Shown piece by piece: positions 9,385-18,543 of a DNA stretch of 64,000 nucleotides. Source of the stretch: Methanobacteriota archaeon (lineage in GTDB: Archaea; Thermoplasmatota; Poseidoniia; Poseidoniales; Poseidoniaceae); assembly GCA_014240385.1 (NCBI GenBank), contig JAAZXA010000068.1, positions 29,090 through 93,089 on the forward strand. The letters run 5' to 3'. Made by a program: the position numbers and the translations under genes. Positions within the stretch are counted from its first letter, which is position 1; each line of letters starts with the position of its first letter. A model generated the notes under the pieces. The model worked only from the letters and a program-made list of their open reading frames with translations, was not told where the DNA came from and searched no databases.

Positions 9385-9951
9385 CTATTGTTCAATCCAA
9401 TGCCCATCAGAATCGTATTCCTTTGGGTCAATGGTTGTCTTTTCATAGGCTTTGTGTGGGTTGATGTACCAGAATGATTCTTTGTTGATGTAAATCACGG
9501 CTTGTTCTAGTTGCCTTCCTTTCTCAGAGTTTCCTCGTAAGATTTCTTCCGGCCTCCAGGTATGTCCATGTTCATCAACCATAGAATCATCACCATGTTT
9601 CGAACGGTGGTCTGAAAGTAAATGGTAGCTTAGGTTCACGGCAAATTGCATTTCACTATGCCAACCTGCAGCGTTTGTGCTCCATCCTGCTTCTTTCATT
9701 CTTTCAATCAATTCGATGGTGACGAATTCTGGTAGTTTCTGTCCTTCACCAAAAGTTGGTGATTCCTTATCGTAATCTTTGTTGAAGTTAGGCCAAACAA
9801 TCTTGAGTCTGTTCAAAAACACAAGAGGGTCTCGGCAGTCCCCGCAACCTGTTACTGCACTGACGCTTCCAAGAGTATATCCGCAAGCGAATCCAATTTC
9901 TTCGTCAGTAAAGTTTTCTTTATCCATATAGTATCCTACTAGTAGTGGCAT
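9385..9951 (-). CDS. hypothetical protein (188 aa)
   Basis: track ORF; PM-ATG at 9951. Confidence 0.75.
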   Translation of the reverse strand: MPLLVGYYMDKENFTDEEIGFACGYTLGSVSAVTGCGDCRDPLVFLNRLKIVWPNFNKDYDKESPTFGEGQKLPEFVTIELIERMKEAGWSTNAAGWHSEMQFAVNLSYHLLSDHRSKHGDDSMVDEHGHTWRPEEILRGNSEKGRQLEQAVIYINKESFWYINPHKAYEKTTIDPKEYDSDGHWIEQ

Positions 9952-9958
9952 GAGCGGT

Positions 9959-10222
9959 TTATTCGTGGATCCAGAATACCCTGATTATGTGCGTTTCTGC
10001 ACTTGTTTCATCTGGTTCAAGGTGTATCTTGGTTATTGTCCTCATTCTTTTGGTTCTCTTTGCTCCTGAATATGTTTCAAGTGACTTTTCTTCCATGTGA
10101 ATAATTTTCCAACGGGAATAGATGTCGAGAAGCCCGTGCTTCTTGCTGCTCATCTTTTTCCTTAGAGTGCTTGAAGCTACCTTTCCTCCAATTTTGGGGT
10201 TTTTCAGTGGTTCAATCTTCAT
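9959..10222 (-). CDS. hypothetical basic protein (87 aa)
   Basis: track ORF; PM-ATG at 10222. Confidence 0.7.
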   Translation of the reverse strand: MKIEPLKNPKIGGKVASSTLRKKMSSKKHGLLDIYSRWKIIHMEEKSLETYSGAKRTKRMRTITKIHLEPDETSAETHIIRVFWIHE

Positions 10223-10409
10223 GAGCGGTTTCTCCTAAATCTATTATTCCAAGTTCGACTGCAGCAAGTTCAATTGCCACATCTAGCGGCAGTATGTTGC
10301 CGCCTACGCAGTGTCTGTTGTGTTCCATGTAAATGGAGACAACTCGTGAACTGAATTCTGGGGTGTGATTTTCTTCAACTAATTTTCTTGCTTTTGTTGC
10401 TAAATCCAT
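10212..10409 (-). CDS. hypothetical protein (65 aa)
   Basis: track ORF 10212..10475 trimmed to PM-ATG at 10409. Confidence 0.65.
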   Translation of the reverse strand: MDLATKARKLVEENHTPEFSSRVVSIYMEHNRHCVGGNILPLDVAIELAAVELGIIDLGETAHED

Positions 10410-10422
10410 GAGCGGTTTCTTT

Positions 10423-10593
10423 TCAGTAGTCCCAATACCACCTATCATTGCCTGCCGCCAGATATTCTGCGCCACGCACAGCCGTATCGAACTTTCGTTC
10501 TAATTCGATTATCCGTTCTTCTAGTTTTTGGATTAAGGCGAGTAATTGGGTTTCTCTATCAATATCTTGCTTTTCAGCATGTTTTGATTTCAT
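10423..10593 (-). CDS. hypothetical coiled-coil protein (56 aa)
   Basis: track ORF 10423..10608 trimmed to PM-ATG at 10593. Confidence 0.65.
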   Translation of the reverse strand: MKSKHAEKQDIDRETQLLALIQKLEERIIELERKFDTAVRGAEYLAAGNDRWYWDY

Positions 10594-10600
10594 GAGCGGT

Positions 10601-10807
10601 TTATTCACTTCGGACGAAGGAGTCGCCTCCCATGATGCCGAATACCCATTTGGGTGGACACCACGAACCGTTTTCTTCTGATTCTGGCTTCAATAGCAAA
10701 TACATCTGCATTGCGCCTACAAGGAAATCGGCTTCACTAACAAGTGAGCCGTTCTTGTGCCTTGCAGACAATACTTCGATGATTTTTTCTTGTATTTCTT
10801 GTTCCAT
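10601..10807 (-). CDS. hypothetical protein (68 aa)
   Basis: track ORF 10601..10825 trimmed to PM-ATG at 10807. Confidence 0.65.
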   Translation of the reverse strand: MEQEIQEKIIEVLSARHKNGSLVSEADFLVGAMQMYLLLKPESEENGSWCPPKWVFGIMGGDSFVRSE

Positions 10808-10814
10808 GAGCGGT

Positions 10815-11144
10815 TCATTCCGCATTCCAAAGATGGGGGTTTCCTGAACGAATTATCGTCAGTATTTCCCACCTTTGGAATGTTATGTCGTTAATTGTTA
10901 GTTGTTCGGGTATCTTCTTCATGTCTGGCCTGTATGTAGGAACAGTTCCATTTTCCAACCTTGTCCGAGTCATTAGATCTCCAAAGTGTTCTTCTGCGAA
11001 ATTCTTCCTAATCGCACCGTTCCTTGCGGAACGATAGTATAGGGTTTCGTCTGAATCTCGCATTTTTCCCATTAGAGTTGTCCAATATTCAGGATCGTTC
11101 CAGACTTCAATGTCCATTCCGAGTTCTCTGTTAATTAGAGTCAT
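10815..11144 (-). CDS. hypothetical protein (109 aa)
   Basis: track ORF; PM-ATG at 11144. Confidence 0.75.
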   Translation of the reverse strand: MTLINRELGMDIEVWNDPEYWTTLMGKMRDSDETLYYRSARNGAIRKNFAEEHFGDLMTRTRLENGTVPTYRPDMKKIPEQLTINDITFQRWEILTIIRSGNPHLWNAE

Positions 11145-11389
11145 GAGCGGTTAGGCCATTTACATCTCTTCCTTCTGTCCATGTTTCTCTGAACTCAAAC
11201 TCCTACCATCAGGTCGTCCGAACTGCGGATTTGCTCCTGTCTCGTTCAATGTAGGTTCTCAAGCAAAGGCCATTTTGGACTAGGTAATTATGTTCCATTG
11301 GCCGTCCCCCGGCTACTTGTTGACTTTGCGTTGGTGCCGTCCAAGGATAGGACACCTTTTGCTTATCGTCGTATTGAGCCGTGAGCGGT
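11145..11389 (-). ncRNA. non-coding island B
   Basis: opens with ACCGCTCACGG (11381-11389), conserved hairpin at 11333-11356, closes with PM-ATG at 11144; only shadow ORFs. Confidence 0.4.
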
Positions 11390-11405
11390 TGGCCGAAGTT
11401 GATAT

Positions 11406-11702
11406 TCAAGCCATAGGTGGCGAGACAATCTTGTTGCACTTCGCCGGTATCTTCGTGCAGCGCAAAAAGTCAACATTCTTCTCGGGCATCATAAAGGGGG
11501 CTGTCGTATATGTTGTGCGCTTGTATTCCTTCACGCCATCATGTCCGATGATTAATGCTCCCTCTTCGTTCTTATGCTTCTCAAACCATTCTTTGCATTT
11601 TGCTTCCAATGTCTTGATGTCTTCTTCCATTGCTTTCTTAGCTTCTTTCATTTTTGCCAAATGTACGAATTTATCTCGTATTCTTTTAGGTGCTTTTGCC
11701 AT
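11406..11702 (-). CDS. hypothetical Lys-rich protein (98 aa)
   Basis: track ORF 11406..11789 trimmed to variant PM ACCCCTC-ATG at 11702 (MAKAPKRIRDKF...). Confidence 0.65.
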   Translation of the reverse strand: MAKAPKRIRDKFVHLAKMKEAKKAMEEDIKTLEAKCKEWFEKHKNEEGALIIGHDGVKEYKRTTYTTAPFMMPEKNVDFLRCTKIPAKCNKIVSPPMA

Positions 11703-11780
11703 GAGGGGTGGGAGACAGGTGGATCCTATAGGGATGGGATGCCAACAGGAGGTTGTGAACACCTGTCCCCCGTGAGCGGT
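11703..11780 (-). promoter_or_regulatory. structured leader (long stem-loop between ACCGCTCAC and the start codon)
   Basis: GGGAGACAGGTG (11710-11721) pairs with CACCTGTCCCCC (11760-11771), one mismatch, 38-nt loop; the stem abuts the start codon. Confidence 0.5.
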
Positions 11781-11785
11781 TTCTA

Positions 11786-12142
11786 TCACAACTTCATCAA
11801 CTTTCCCCGAAGGGATTCGAATTTGATGATCCTTTTGATAGCGTTTTGAAATTCCTTGTTCAGTTTTTCATCATCTGATTCAGATAGATGGAATTCAGGG
11901 TTTTTCATATTCAGTAATTTGTATCTCATCACAGAATTGACGAGGAATTTCTGTTCTTCTTCACTCAATTCAGACCTTGGGCGGTTGATTTTGTAATTGT
12001 TAATCAGCCGTTCCAGAACAAACATTTGTTCTCTATGGTCGTATGAGCATGTTTCAAGCCATTGTTTTGCTTCGATTCGTAATTGCTTTCGAAGATCAAT
12101 AACCCTTTCAGTTTTTTTCCTCAAGTGGGTTAGGTTCGTCAT
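11786..12142 (-). CDS. hypothetical protein (118 aa)
   Basis: track ORF; variant PM ACCACTC-ATG at 12142. Confidence 0.7.
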   Translation of the reverse strand: MTNLTHLRKKTERVIDLRKQLRIEAKQWLETCSYDHREQMFVLERLINNYKINRPRSELSEEEQKFLVNSVMRYKLLNMKNPEFHLSESDDEKLNKEFQNAIKRIIKFESLRGKLMKL

Positions 12143-12419
12143 GAGTGGTTAAGTCCCATACGCACACTTGATATCCACCTGATAGGATTCCTCCTCTAAA
12201 GGCGGAACCAACCTTCTTGAAACGCTTGTCTTTGGACAAACAGTTGCCGAGTTGTTGGCTTGTCGTCCCGTGCCTCATGGTTTCATTGATGTAATCTTGA
12301 ATTGCATAAGTTGGCTGGGGGCCGTTATCTTCTAGGTACTGGACTATCTTGATTCGTATTCTTTGTGTCTTCATGGAAATCACCCTACGGGGGTTCCCTT
12401 GATGAAGTCTTTGCTTCAT
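12108..12419 (-). CDS. putative winged-helix protein (103 aa)
   Basis: track ORF 12108..12473 trimmed to PM-ATG at 12419; IVQYLEDNGPQPTYAIQDYINE-type helix pattern. Confidence 0.6.
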   Translation of the reverse strand: MKQRLHQGNPRRVISMKTQRIRIKIVQYLEDNGPQPTYAIQDYINETMRHGTTSQQLGNCLSKDKRFKKVGSAFRGGILSGGYQVCVWDLTTHDEPNPLEEKN

Positions 12420-12429
12420 GAGCGGTAAT

Positions 12430-12684
12430 TTATGCCAGCATTCCTCCCAGCATCTTATCGAGTTCCATATCATCTTTCACAGTAACCCAATGGGCTGATT
12501 CTGTGCAGTATCTCTTGAGTACATTGGTTGGATAGCCGATTATGTCTACAATCTTCCATTTCGGTCCATCAAAATTTACCCAGAATAGAGCTTCTTCCGC
12601 ATCTATTCTGGTTTTGATGGCTTTTCCCGAAGGGAGTGTGTAGATCATTTGGTTTCCATTTGAGATTGCATACTTTGCTTTCAT
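12430..12684 (-). CDS. hypothetical protein (84 aa)
   Basis: track ORF; PM-ATG at 12684. Confidence 0.7.
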   Translation of the reverse strand: MKAKYAISNGNQMIYTLPSGKAIKTRIDAEEALFWVNFDGPKWKIVDIIGYPTNVLKRYCTESAHWVTVKDDMELDKMLGGMLA

Positions 12685-13075
12685 GAGCGGTGTTTTTTAC
12701 CTCATGGTAATAGATGATGTAATGCTCTGCGTAAAGCATCAATTCACCTTTCTTCCAAGACTCGTATTCATCTTTTGTTGGCTCCATCCATCCTCCGTTT
12801 TGGGCTTCGGAATGGTCTGCAACTGTTTTTGTTGTCTGTAAAGTCCAGCGTTCGAATTCGTCGTCTTCCTTTTGTTTATCTTGATGATAGTCTACGAGTT
12901 CATCGGACAAGTTGTGGTGTGCTTTCAGATATGTAAGCATCGTTGGGATGTTGGGGAAATTTCTCCCAATTGCCCAAGTTGCTCCGCATCCCGTGTACTT
13001 TCCTTCTCCTTCTTCCCATGTGTCTTCGTAAATTTCAGACATTATGCTAGTGCAATGAAATAATTTCTTTTCCAT
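12569..13075 (-). CDS. hypothetical protein (168 aa) reading through the next PM
   Basis: track ORF 12569..13111 trimmed to PM-ATG at 13075; no stop before the PM at 12682, overlaps the next gene by 116 nt. Confidence 0.6.
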   Translation of the reverse strand: MEKKLFHCTSIMSEIYEDTWEEGEGKYTGCGATWAIGRNFPNIPTMLTYLKAHHNLSDELVDYHQDKQKEDDEFERWTLQTTKTVADHSEAQNGGWMEPTKDEYESWKKGELMLYAEHYIIYYHEVKNTAHESKVCNLKWKPNDLHTPFGKSHQNQNRCGRSSILGKF

Positions 13076-13082
13076 GAGCGGT

Positions 13083-13268
13083 TTAATCGTATTCAAGTTC
13101 GTAATAGCCATGTTCTTTGATCTTCTCGAAGATGATTTTCAACTTCTTGACTTCTCTGCGAACATCGTGATAATCTTGTTTGGATAGAATACGACCATAG
13201 TACATTCTTGCTACTACTTCGAAGAGTATCTCAAAAGCCTCTTCTTCCGTAGGTATTTCTTCATCCAT
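13083..13268 (-). CDS. hypothetical protein (61 aa)
   Basis: track ORF; PM-ATG at 13268. Confidence 0.7.
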   Translation of the reverse strand: MDEEIPTEEEAFEILFEVVARMYYGRILSKQDYHDVRREVKKLKIIFEKIKEHGYYELEYD

Positions 13269-13280
13269 GAGCGGTTCCCA

Positions 13281-13733
13281 TCAAATGTGGGGGGACTGTG
13301 TATCTCCATCGATTGGCATCGGTTGAATGCTAATCCATTTCTCAGTCCTGTAATGCATGTGGTCGTATAGCCATTCTTTCAATGGCGTAATACCTTTGCC
13401 GTAGACTGAAAGGGAATATTGTTGCAAGATAAATCGCTTGCGTTCCTCTGCAGCCTTGAGGTCTGGCAGTAATTCGTTCCAGTAGCCAGCCTTCGCATCA
13501 CCCCATTCGAGGATGTAACCTCCAAATGGTTTGTCGATACGCCAGGCTACAATTCGAGTCCACATATTCCCAAATTCATGTTCGTTGTTTTCAATAGTAA
13601 ATATCACTGGACCCTCGACATCGTGGCCTCCTTCTCTTAGTGTTCGAAGTTCTGTATCTCGCAGATTGAGGTTTTCGTCTGGTGTTCCTGTGTATTCGTT
13701 TATTTCCATCGGTTTATTTGGTCTTTTAACCAT
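13281..13733 (-). CDS. hypothetical protein (150 aa)
   Basis: track ORF; PM-ATG at 13733. Confidence 0.75.
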   Translation of the reverse strand: MVKRPNKPMEINEYTGTPDENLNLRDTELRTLREGGHDVEGPVIFTIENNEHEFGNMWTRIVAWRIDKPFGGYILEWGDAKAGYWNELLPDLKAAEERKRFILQQYSLSVYGKGITPLKEWLYDHMHYRTEKWISIQPMPIDGDTQSPHI

Positions 13734-13740
13734 GAGCGGT

Positions 13741-13923
13741 TCAATAACATCTACATATAATGCATGTAGTTGAAAAATATTCGACTACTGGGCATTCAGG
13801 TAAGCATCTTTGCTCATCTGCGTTTAGATTGCCCCAGCAGTGTTCTTCTGCATATTCTAGGACTGTTTCGTAGTCATATCCCTCATCTCCATTAATGATG
13901 AGCCAGTCGTCTTTGTTTTGCAT
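13741..13923 (-). CDS. hypothetical Cys-containing protein (60 aa)
   Basis: track ORF 13741..13953 trimmed to PM-ATG at 13923. Confidence 0.65.
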   Translation of the reverse strand: MQNKDDWLIINGDEGYDYETVLEYAEEHCWGNLNADEQRCLPECPVVEYFSTTCIICRCY

Positions 13924-13931
13924 GAGCGGTT

Positions 13932-14006
13932 TCATTCGTAGGCACAATCGCATGTAGGATATCCTTCATCGTCGTACTCTTCTTCGCAGATTAGGCACCA
14001 GACCAT
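13932..14006 (-). CDS. Cys-rich micro-protein (24 aa)
   Basis: PM-ATG at 14006; MVWCLICEEEYDDEGYPTCDCAYE; stop TGA abuts the next PM. Confidence 0.45.
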   Translation of the reverse strand: MVWCLICEEEYDDEGYPTCDCAYE

Positions 14007-14015
14007 GAGCGGTGT

Positions 14016-15149
14016 TCAACTTGTCGAGACCCGATGAAAATTGGTAATCAGTCCTGCTTGAGAACTCCCTGTTCGAGCGTTCCAAGCCTTCTCTAATATC
14101 TTCTTATTCATTGAATGGTGGTAACTTGTCCTGTTCCATTGTTTCATGATGTGCTTGTAAAGCCCATCCGGGTCGTCATTGTAAGTTGAGAGTTCAAGAG
14201 CATCTTGATCCTGTTCCCAGACATTGTGTAATCCCCTGGCACTAGTTCCCCCAGCACCATCGGAACGAAGTAAATCCATCATTTCCTTGAAGGTAAATCC
14301 TGCAGCCTTACTGAATGGGTATGAATCTGTATTCCAGACCTTCTTCATGTGGTTTGCTGCCCAAGGCTTGTGTAGGTTGTTTTTCTTTCCAACTTTGATA
14401 AATCTTCCAGATTCACAATCCATAAGTTGCCGTAGCATGGCATTGAGTCTCCAACTAGTTGCATCTACGCATTTAGCACCAAGCATTGATGCTACCTTGG
14501 TTGCGTTCATTCCACCTGCGCCAAGAAGGAAGAAGTCTTTGTCTGCTTCTCTTAATTCTTGACTGGTGTTTAGAACGACATTCCAAAGTTTCGCCTTTGA
14601 GACGATGGTAGTTTCATTCTTGATGTCGGCATTTCCAATGCGATCCATTACTCTAAAAGTTGATTGAGCCAAATTACTACCGTAGCCAACCATAATGTCG
14701 TTGTCTATGTCGTATTGGTTCAAATGATGGATTGCTTCTTCTGCGTTCCTTCCGTGAATTACGGGTATTGTCTGCGGAATCTCTTCGTGCATCTCGCTAA
14801 ACCAGTCGCAACTTGTCTGTTGCCGTTCCACTACCTCATTTTCGGTGAGGCCTGTGAATCTCGGTATCGGGAAATCTGCTGCAATGATGATGTCATTGTC
14901 TTTGATTCCGATTCTCCTATGGTTTGCGACTAGATCTTCAACTTTGAATGTTGAAGCTAGTTCGGGATTCTGTAGGAAATTGAATCCTCCTGAATCCTTA
15001 GCGACTTGATGCTTTGTTGTGAACTCTTGATGGCTAAAGCCATCTCCGATTCTATCATTTATTGTGATGAGCATACTGTCGGTCAATTCCCTAACATCGT
15101 AGGGTCGTTTACCGATGTATTCTGCGTTTTCACTTGTAAAATTCTGCAT
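14016..15149 (-). CDS. tRNA-guanine transglycosylase-fold protein (DpdA-like, candidate DNA 7-deazaguanine transglycosylase)
   Basis: PM-ATG; FFLLGAGGMNATKVASMLGAKCVDATSWRLNA aligns by eye to the TGT motif LMGVGKPEDL..GIDMFDCV.PTRNA; IPVIHGRNAEEAI matches the TGT I.QG pattern. Confidence 0.55.
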   Translation of the reverse strand: MQNFTSENAEYIGKRPYDVRELTDSMLITINDRIGDGFSHQEFTTKHQVAKDSGGFNFLQNPELASTFKVEDLVANHRRIGIKDNDIIIAADFPIPRFTGLTENEVVERQQTSCDWFSEMHEEIPQTIPVIHGRNAEEAIHHLNQYDIDNDIMVGYGSNLAQSTFRVMDRIGNADIKNETTIVSKAKLWNVVLNTSQELREADKDFFLLGAGGMNATKVASMLGAKCVDATSWRLNAMLRQLMDCESGRFIKVGKKNNLHKPWAANHMKKVWNTDSYPFSKAAGFTFKEMMDLLRSDGAGGTSARGLHNVWEQDQDALELSTYNDDPDGLYKHIMKQWNRTSYHHSMNKKILEKAWNARTGSSQAGLITNFHRVSTS

Positions 15150-15157
15150 GAGCGGTA

Positions 15158-15550
15158 TTATTGTTCATACACGATCCATTCGTTCTGTTCTGTAGACCAA
15201 ACCCAATACTGGCCGTAGCCCTGCATGTGCCATTGCCCTGAACCGGGCGGCATTTCAAAGGGTTCCCCCCAACCTGTCTGTCCAACTGTCGAAGGTTGTT
15301 CGAACTGTTGCGCAGGTGCAGGGGTTAGATCTACTGTTCTTCGGCTTGGTATTGTTACTAGTACTGGTAGCCAGCACCAGACCGTTATCAACAGGTAAAC
15401 TCCGTAGAATACAGGAGAATGAACCCATTGGGGTAGGTCGAATTGTGGTATGTTGTAATTTTGTGTGTTTGCATAGTAGTATGCAATTCCGAGCAACACC
15501 AATATGATGCCCGATATTCTGCGAACTGCCATTCCAATTATGTTCGTCAT
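15158..15550 (-). CDS. membrane protein (130 aa, 2-3 TM)
   Basis: track ORF; PM-ATG at 15550; hydrophobic ILVLLGIAYYYA and VFYGVYLLITVWCWLPVLV segments. Confidence 0.7.
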   Translation of the reverse strand: MTNIIGMAVRRISGIILVLLGIAYYYANTQNYNIPQFDLPQWVHSPVFYGVYLLITVWCWLPVLVTIPSRRTVDLTPAPAQQFEQPSTVGQTGWGEPFEMPPGSGQWHMQGYGQYWVWSTEQNEWIVYEQ

Positions 15551-15576
15551 GAGCGGTGCGGGGTGGTTCGACTACT

Positions 15577-15912
15577 TCAAACCCCTGCGATTGCTTCTTG
15601 TATCAACTCCATTCTTTCAGCGAGGAGTTCTCTTGCGTCTATATCCACAATTGCTGATACATCGACCTTGCCACCTTCAACTATTGTTAATCTGGTTCTC
15701 GGTTTGATGTACAGTTTTTCGTCATCGTTTATTTCAACATGGAAATCACCTGATGTCGTCAATAATGCAATTGCTTGTTTCTTGTTATTCGCTAGGTCTT
15801 CAAACTCAAAGCGGATGTCGGTTCCGCAAGTAGATAGAAGGTATTCTTGCAGTTCCCTTTCGGAACCGTTCCATTCAATGATTTCGTCTCCTTCGATGTA
15901 TTTCAAGTCCAT
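15577..15912 (-). CDS. hypothetical protein (111 aa)
   Basis: track ORF 15577..15963 trimmed to PM-ATG at 15912. Confidence 0.7.
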   Translation of the reverse strand: MDLKYIEGDEIIEWNGSERELQEYLLSTCGTDIRFEFEDLANNKKQAIALLTTSGDFHVEINDDEKLYIKPRTRLTIVEGGKVDVSAIVDIDARELLAERMELIQEAIAGV

Positions 15913-15919
15913 GAGCGGT

Positions 15920-17191
15920 TCATTCCAGTATTTTCTGCATCTCCTTTTCGAGCAAAGCATCATTTCTTCGTGCTATGTGCTCTTTCATGGAGTATCGCAG
16001 ACCGTCATACTTGAGGCTGTTCAGCGTAGCCTTGCCAAGATTGGCAACAGGCTTACGCTCATACCAGTCTTTTCGCTTCATCATCTCGCCTGTAACGGGA
16101 TGAGGAACGATTTCATTTCCTTCTGGGCTTTCAGCGAGTTTCAACCATTGGAAGGGCATCAATTTCCATGCGCCTATCTTCTCAGTATATGGCTTGAATT
16201 CTTTCTTGTAGCCCGAAAGTCCTGATTTCTTATCGGGTTCTGGTGTCATCTTGTAAACATGAGTACAGTTAGGATCTTCGCACCATCCACTAGCCATAGG
16301 AGTCCTATGGTAGCCTCGGTTGCATCTACCTCCCTTGTTGAGAGGCATTCCATCTCTGTGCCATTTCTCATGCTTGTCTTCTGAGTAGAAGCGTTCTTCG
16401 ATTCCTAGAGCTTCTTGCAGCCCTATACCATCAGCGTCAATCAAACGGTCAACTTCCCATTCTTTGCAGAATGGACACCACATGCATGAACTCTTCTGGA
16501 CTGGGGAGCCATCTCCCCTGTAATCCCATCCAAGTATCTGCAACATGGCGAGGCATTCTTTCCTATTCATGTCCAATTCCTGGAGAGGATAGGAGTATTC
16601 ATGCCCTTTGACTTTGTTTTGACCGTGGTTTGCTGTGAATCTGTCAGTTCTTCCACCTTCGTTGGCTTCGATGCCAAGCATCCACCATTTTTCCGATACA
16701 GTATGGTCTCCAAAGGTTTCTTCTGCCCATTTCTGTTGGACATTTCCCTTGAATCTCATGCTGCAGGTATGTTGTTGTCCTCCAATTACTGGAAGCATTC
16801 CTCCATCCATCAACCATTCATAGATCTTGTAGACCTTTTCTCCCTTGGTGTAATCATCCTTCTCTGATTTGGGCAAACTTCTCCATTCTTCATAGCGGAG
16901 TTCTTCGCCTGTATCATTGTGATGATAAACGGGGATTGTGTGTCTAACGGTAACTACTGGCAAGCCTACTTCTGCGCATCGCTTCTCTGCGTATGCAAGG
17001 TTTTCGTAGGTTTCAGGCCATTCGCTACCGGGATCCGAGAATACGGCTGCAACGAATGGAGGAAACTTTTCGTCTAGTTCTTGTCGAGTTATCCCCAACG
17101 CTTCGGCTGAGGTGTCTCTGTCTAAGTGCATGGCTAGAAGGGCTGTTGAATCAACCCCTACGCCAAATGATAACAAGTCTATTCGTTTCAT
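15920..17191 (-). CDS. PAPS reductase-like protein with degenerate PP-loop (423 aa)
   Basis: track ORF trimmed to PM-ATG at 17191; LLSFGVGVDSTALL in place of SGGKDS; SSCMWCPFC Cys cluster as in phage PAPS-reductase/DndC-like proteins. Confidence 0.55.
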   Translation of the reverse strand: MKRIDLLSFGVGVDSTALLAMHLDRDTSAEALGITRQELDEKFPPFVAAVFSDPGSEWPETYENLAYAEKRCAEVGLPVVTVRHTIPVYHHNDTGEELRYEEWRSLPKSEKDDYTKGEKVYKIYEWLMDGGMLPVIGGQQHTCSMRFKGNVQQKWAEETFGDHTVSEKWWMLGIEANEGGRTDRFTANHGQNKVKGHEYSYPLQELDMNRKECLAMLQILGWDYRGDGSPVQKSSCMWCPFCKEWEVDRLIDADGIGLQEALGIEERFYSEDKHEKWHRDGMPLNKGGRCNRGYHRTPMASGWCEDPNCTHVYKMTPEPDKKSGLSGYKKEFKPYTEKIGAWKLMPFQWLKLAESPEGNEIVPHPVTGEMMKRKDWYERKPVANLGKATLNSLKYDGLRYSMKEHIARRNDALLEKEMQKILE

Positions 17192-17198
17192 GAGCGGT

Positions 17199-17954
17199 TT
17201 ATTCCATAGATGCAATCTTTTGCTCTATGGCTGTGTGCTTTCGAAAGATGCTTAGGCATCTAATTCGTGTGTTTGGGCCACAGGTGATTGATACCACACC
17301 ACATCTTGTTGCCCCTTTGGGCTGAATGTAAACCAAATGGTGTAAGGCGAGGAGATATCCTCCTGGCTTTAGCACCCTGATGGCTTCTTTGACCCATGAA
17401 TAGGGCTTGATGTATTCTGTTTTCCATAACTTGTCGGAGTAATCTATCTTGACTCCGTCTGTTGTTTGCATGTCGTAAGGTGGATCTGCAATAACCATGT
17501 CGTATGAATCAGTTTCAATAGGGAACTGTTGTCTGGCATCAGCTACGAATGTAGGATTATTCGCTTCGCTAATGTCCATTGTGTCTTCATTCTCCCTTCC
17601 TTGGATGCTTCCCGAGAATAGGTGTAATACCTTGGTTTCATCGGTGACTTCCATTAGGGCGTCTACTCTACGAAGGAACCCATTTGGGTAGGCTCCCTTG
17701 TATTTCGCCATTGGTCGGCCACAAGCCCACCCTAGACGGAGTGATTTTTCCGTCATGTGGGTCAATGAGGCGTCTTTCTGTTTCAATTTGTTGTAATGCC
17801 TAGCGATTCGATGAATCGTCCCTTTCGAAACTGTTTCACCAATCCTATCGCCTGCCATCTTAGCAGCATCGTCATACGAGTTATTGCTAAGATCGTTGAT
17901 TACTTGCATATGGTCTAGCAATTCAACCTTTCTTCCTTTCAATGTTAAGGACAT
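17199..17954 (-). CDS. DNA methyltransferase (N6-A/N4-C type) with N-terminal HTH
   Basis: PM-ATG; motif I VLHLFSGS, motif IV MVIADPPYD. Confidence 0.75.
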   Translation of the reverse strand: MSLTLKGRKVELLDHMQVINDLSNNSYDDAAKMAGDRIGETVSKGTIHRIARHYNKLKQKDASLTHMTEKSLRLGWACGRPMAKYKGAYPNGFLRRVDALMEVTDETKVLHLFSGSIQGRENEDTMDISEANNPTFVADARQQFPIETDSYDMVIADPPYDMQTTDGVKIDYSDKLWKTEYIKPYSWVKEAIRVLKPGGYLLALHHLVYIQPKGATRCGVVSITCGPNTRIRCLSIFRKHTAIEQKIASME

Positions 17955-17961
17955 GAGCGGT

Positions 17962-18249
17962 TCAGTCTTTCATATCTTCGACTGCTGCTATCATTTGATA
18001 GAAGCGAGCATTCCTTTGATTGGGGCTCCCCATACCATACTCGTGTCCGTAGATTAGAGGGGTACAGGCCTTGTGCGTATCAGTTAGATGTTTTTCAATT
18101 TCATCAAGAGATACCCCTGCTTCCAATAGGAACTCGGTCCAGTTGCTAAATCTTTCATAACCATCGTGCTTTCTCAACATTCTCAATGATTGTTTCCATC
18201 GTTTCAGATCTGCTTCTTTGTCATCTGTCGTCATTTCTATTTCTGCCAT
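17962..18249 (-). CDS. hypothetical protein (95 aa)
   Basis: track ORF; PM-ATG at 18249. Confidence 0.7.
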   Translation of the reverse strand: MAEIEMTTDDKEADLKRWKQSLRMLRKHDGYERFSNWTEFLLEAGVSLDEIEKHLTDTHKACTPLIYGHEYGMGSPNQRNARFYQMIAAVEDMKD

Positions 18250-18256
18250 GAGCGGT

Positions 18257-18532
18257 TCAGTAATATTTTCTGTTTTGTATCAACCATTCCCATACGAGGG
18301 GTATTCTTTCCCTCATTTGTGGGTTTTTGCCGAATTTAGCGAGGTATTCAATGTATTCTTCAAGGTATGGGATTAGGTCGCTTCTTTCAATCCCTGCGTC
18401 TTGTAGAAGTTCCTCTACTCCTTCCAATATTGTGATTAGTGATTTGTAGCATCCCACTTGTTTCAAGTAGGTAATTGCCTTCTTTGTCTCACCAACCGGT
18501 TTAATGGTTGCTGCGGTCATAAATTCTGCCAT
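18257..18532 (-). CDS. hypothetical protein (91 aa)
   Basis: track ORF 18257..18679 trimmed to PM-ATG at 18532. Confidence 0.7.
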   Translation of the reverse strand: MAEFMTAATIKPVGETKKAITYLKQVGCYKSLITILEGVEELLQDAGIERSDLIPYLEEYIEYLAKFGKNPQMRERIPLVWEWLIQNRKYY

Positions 18533-18543
18533 GAGCGGTGGGG

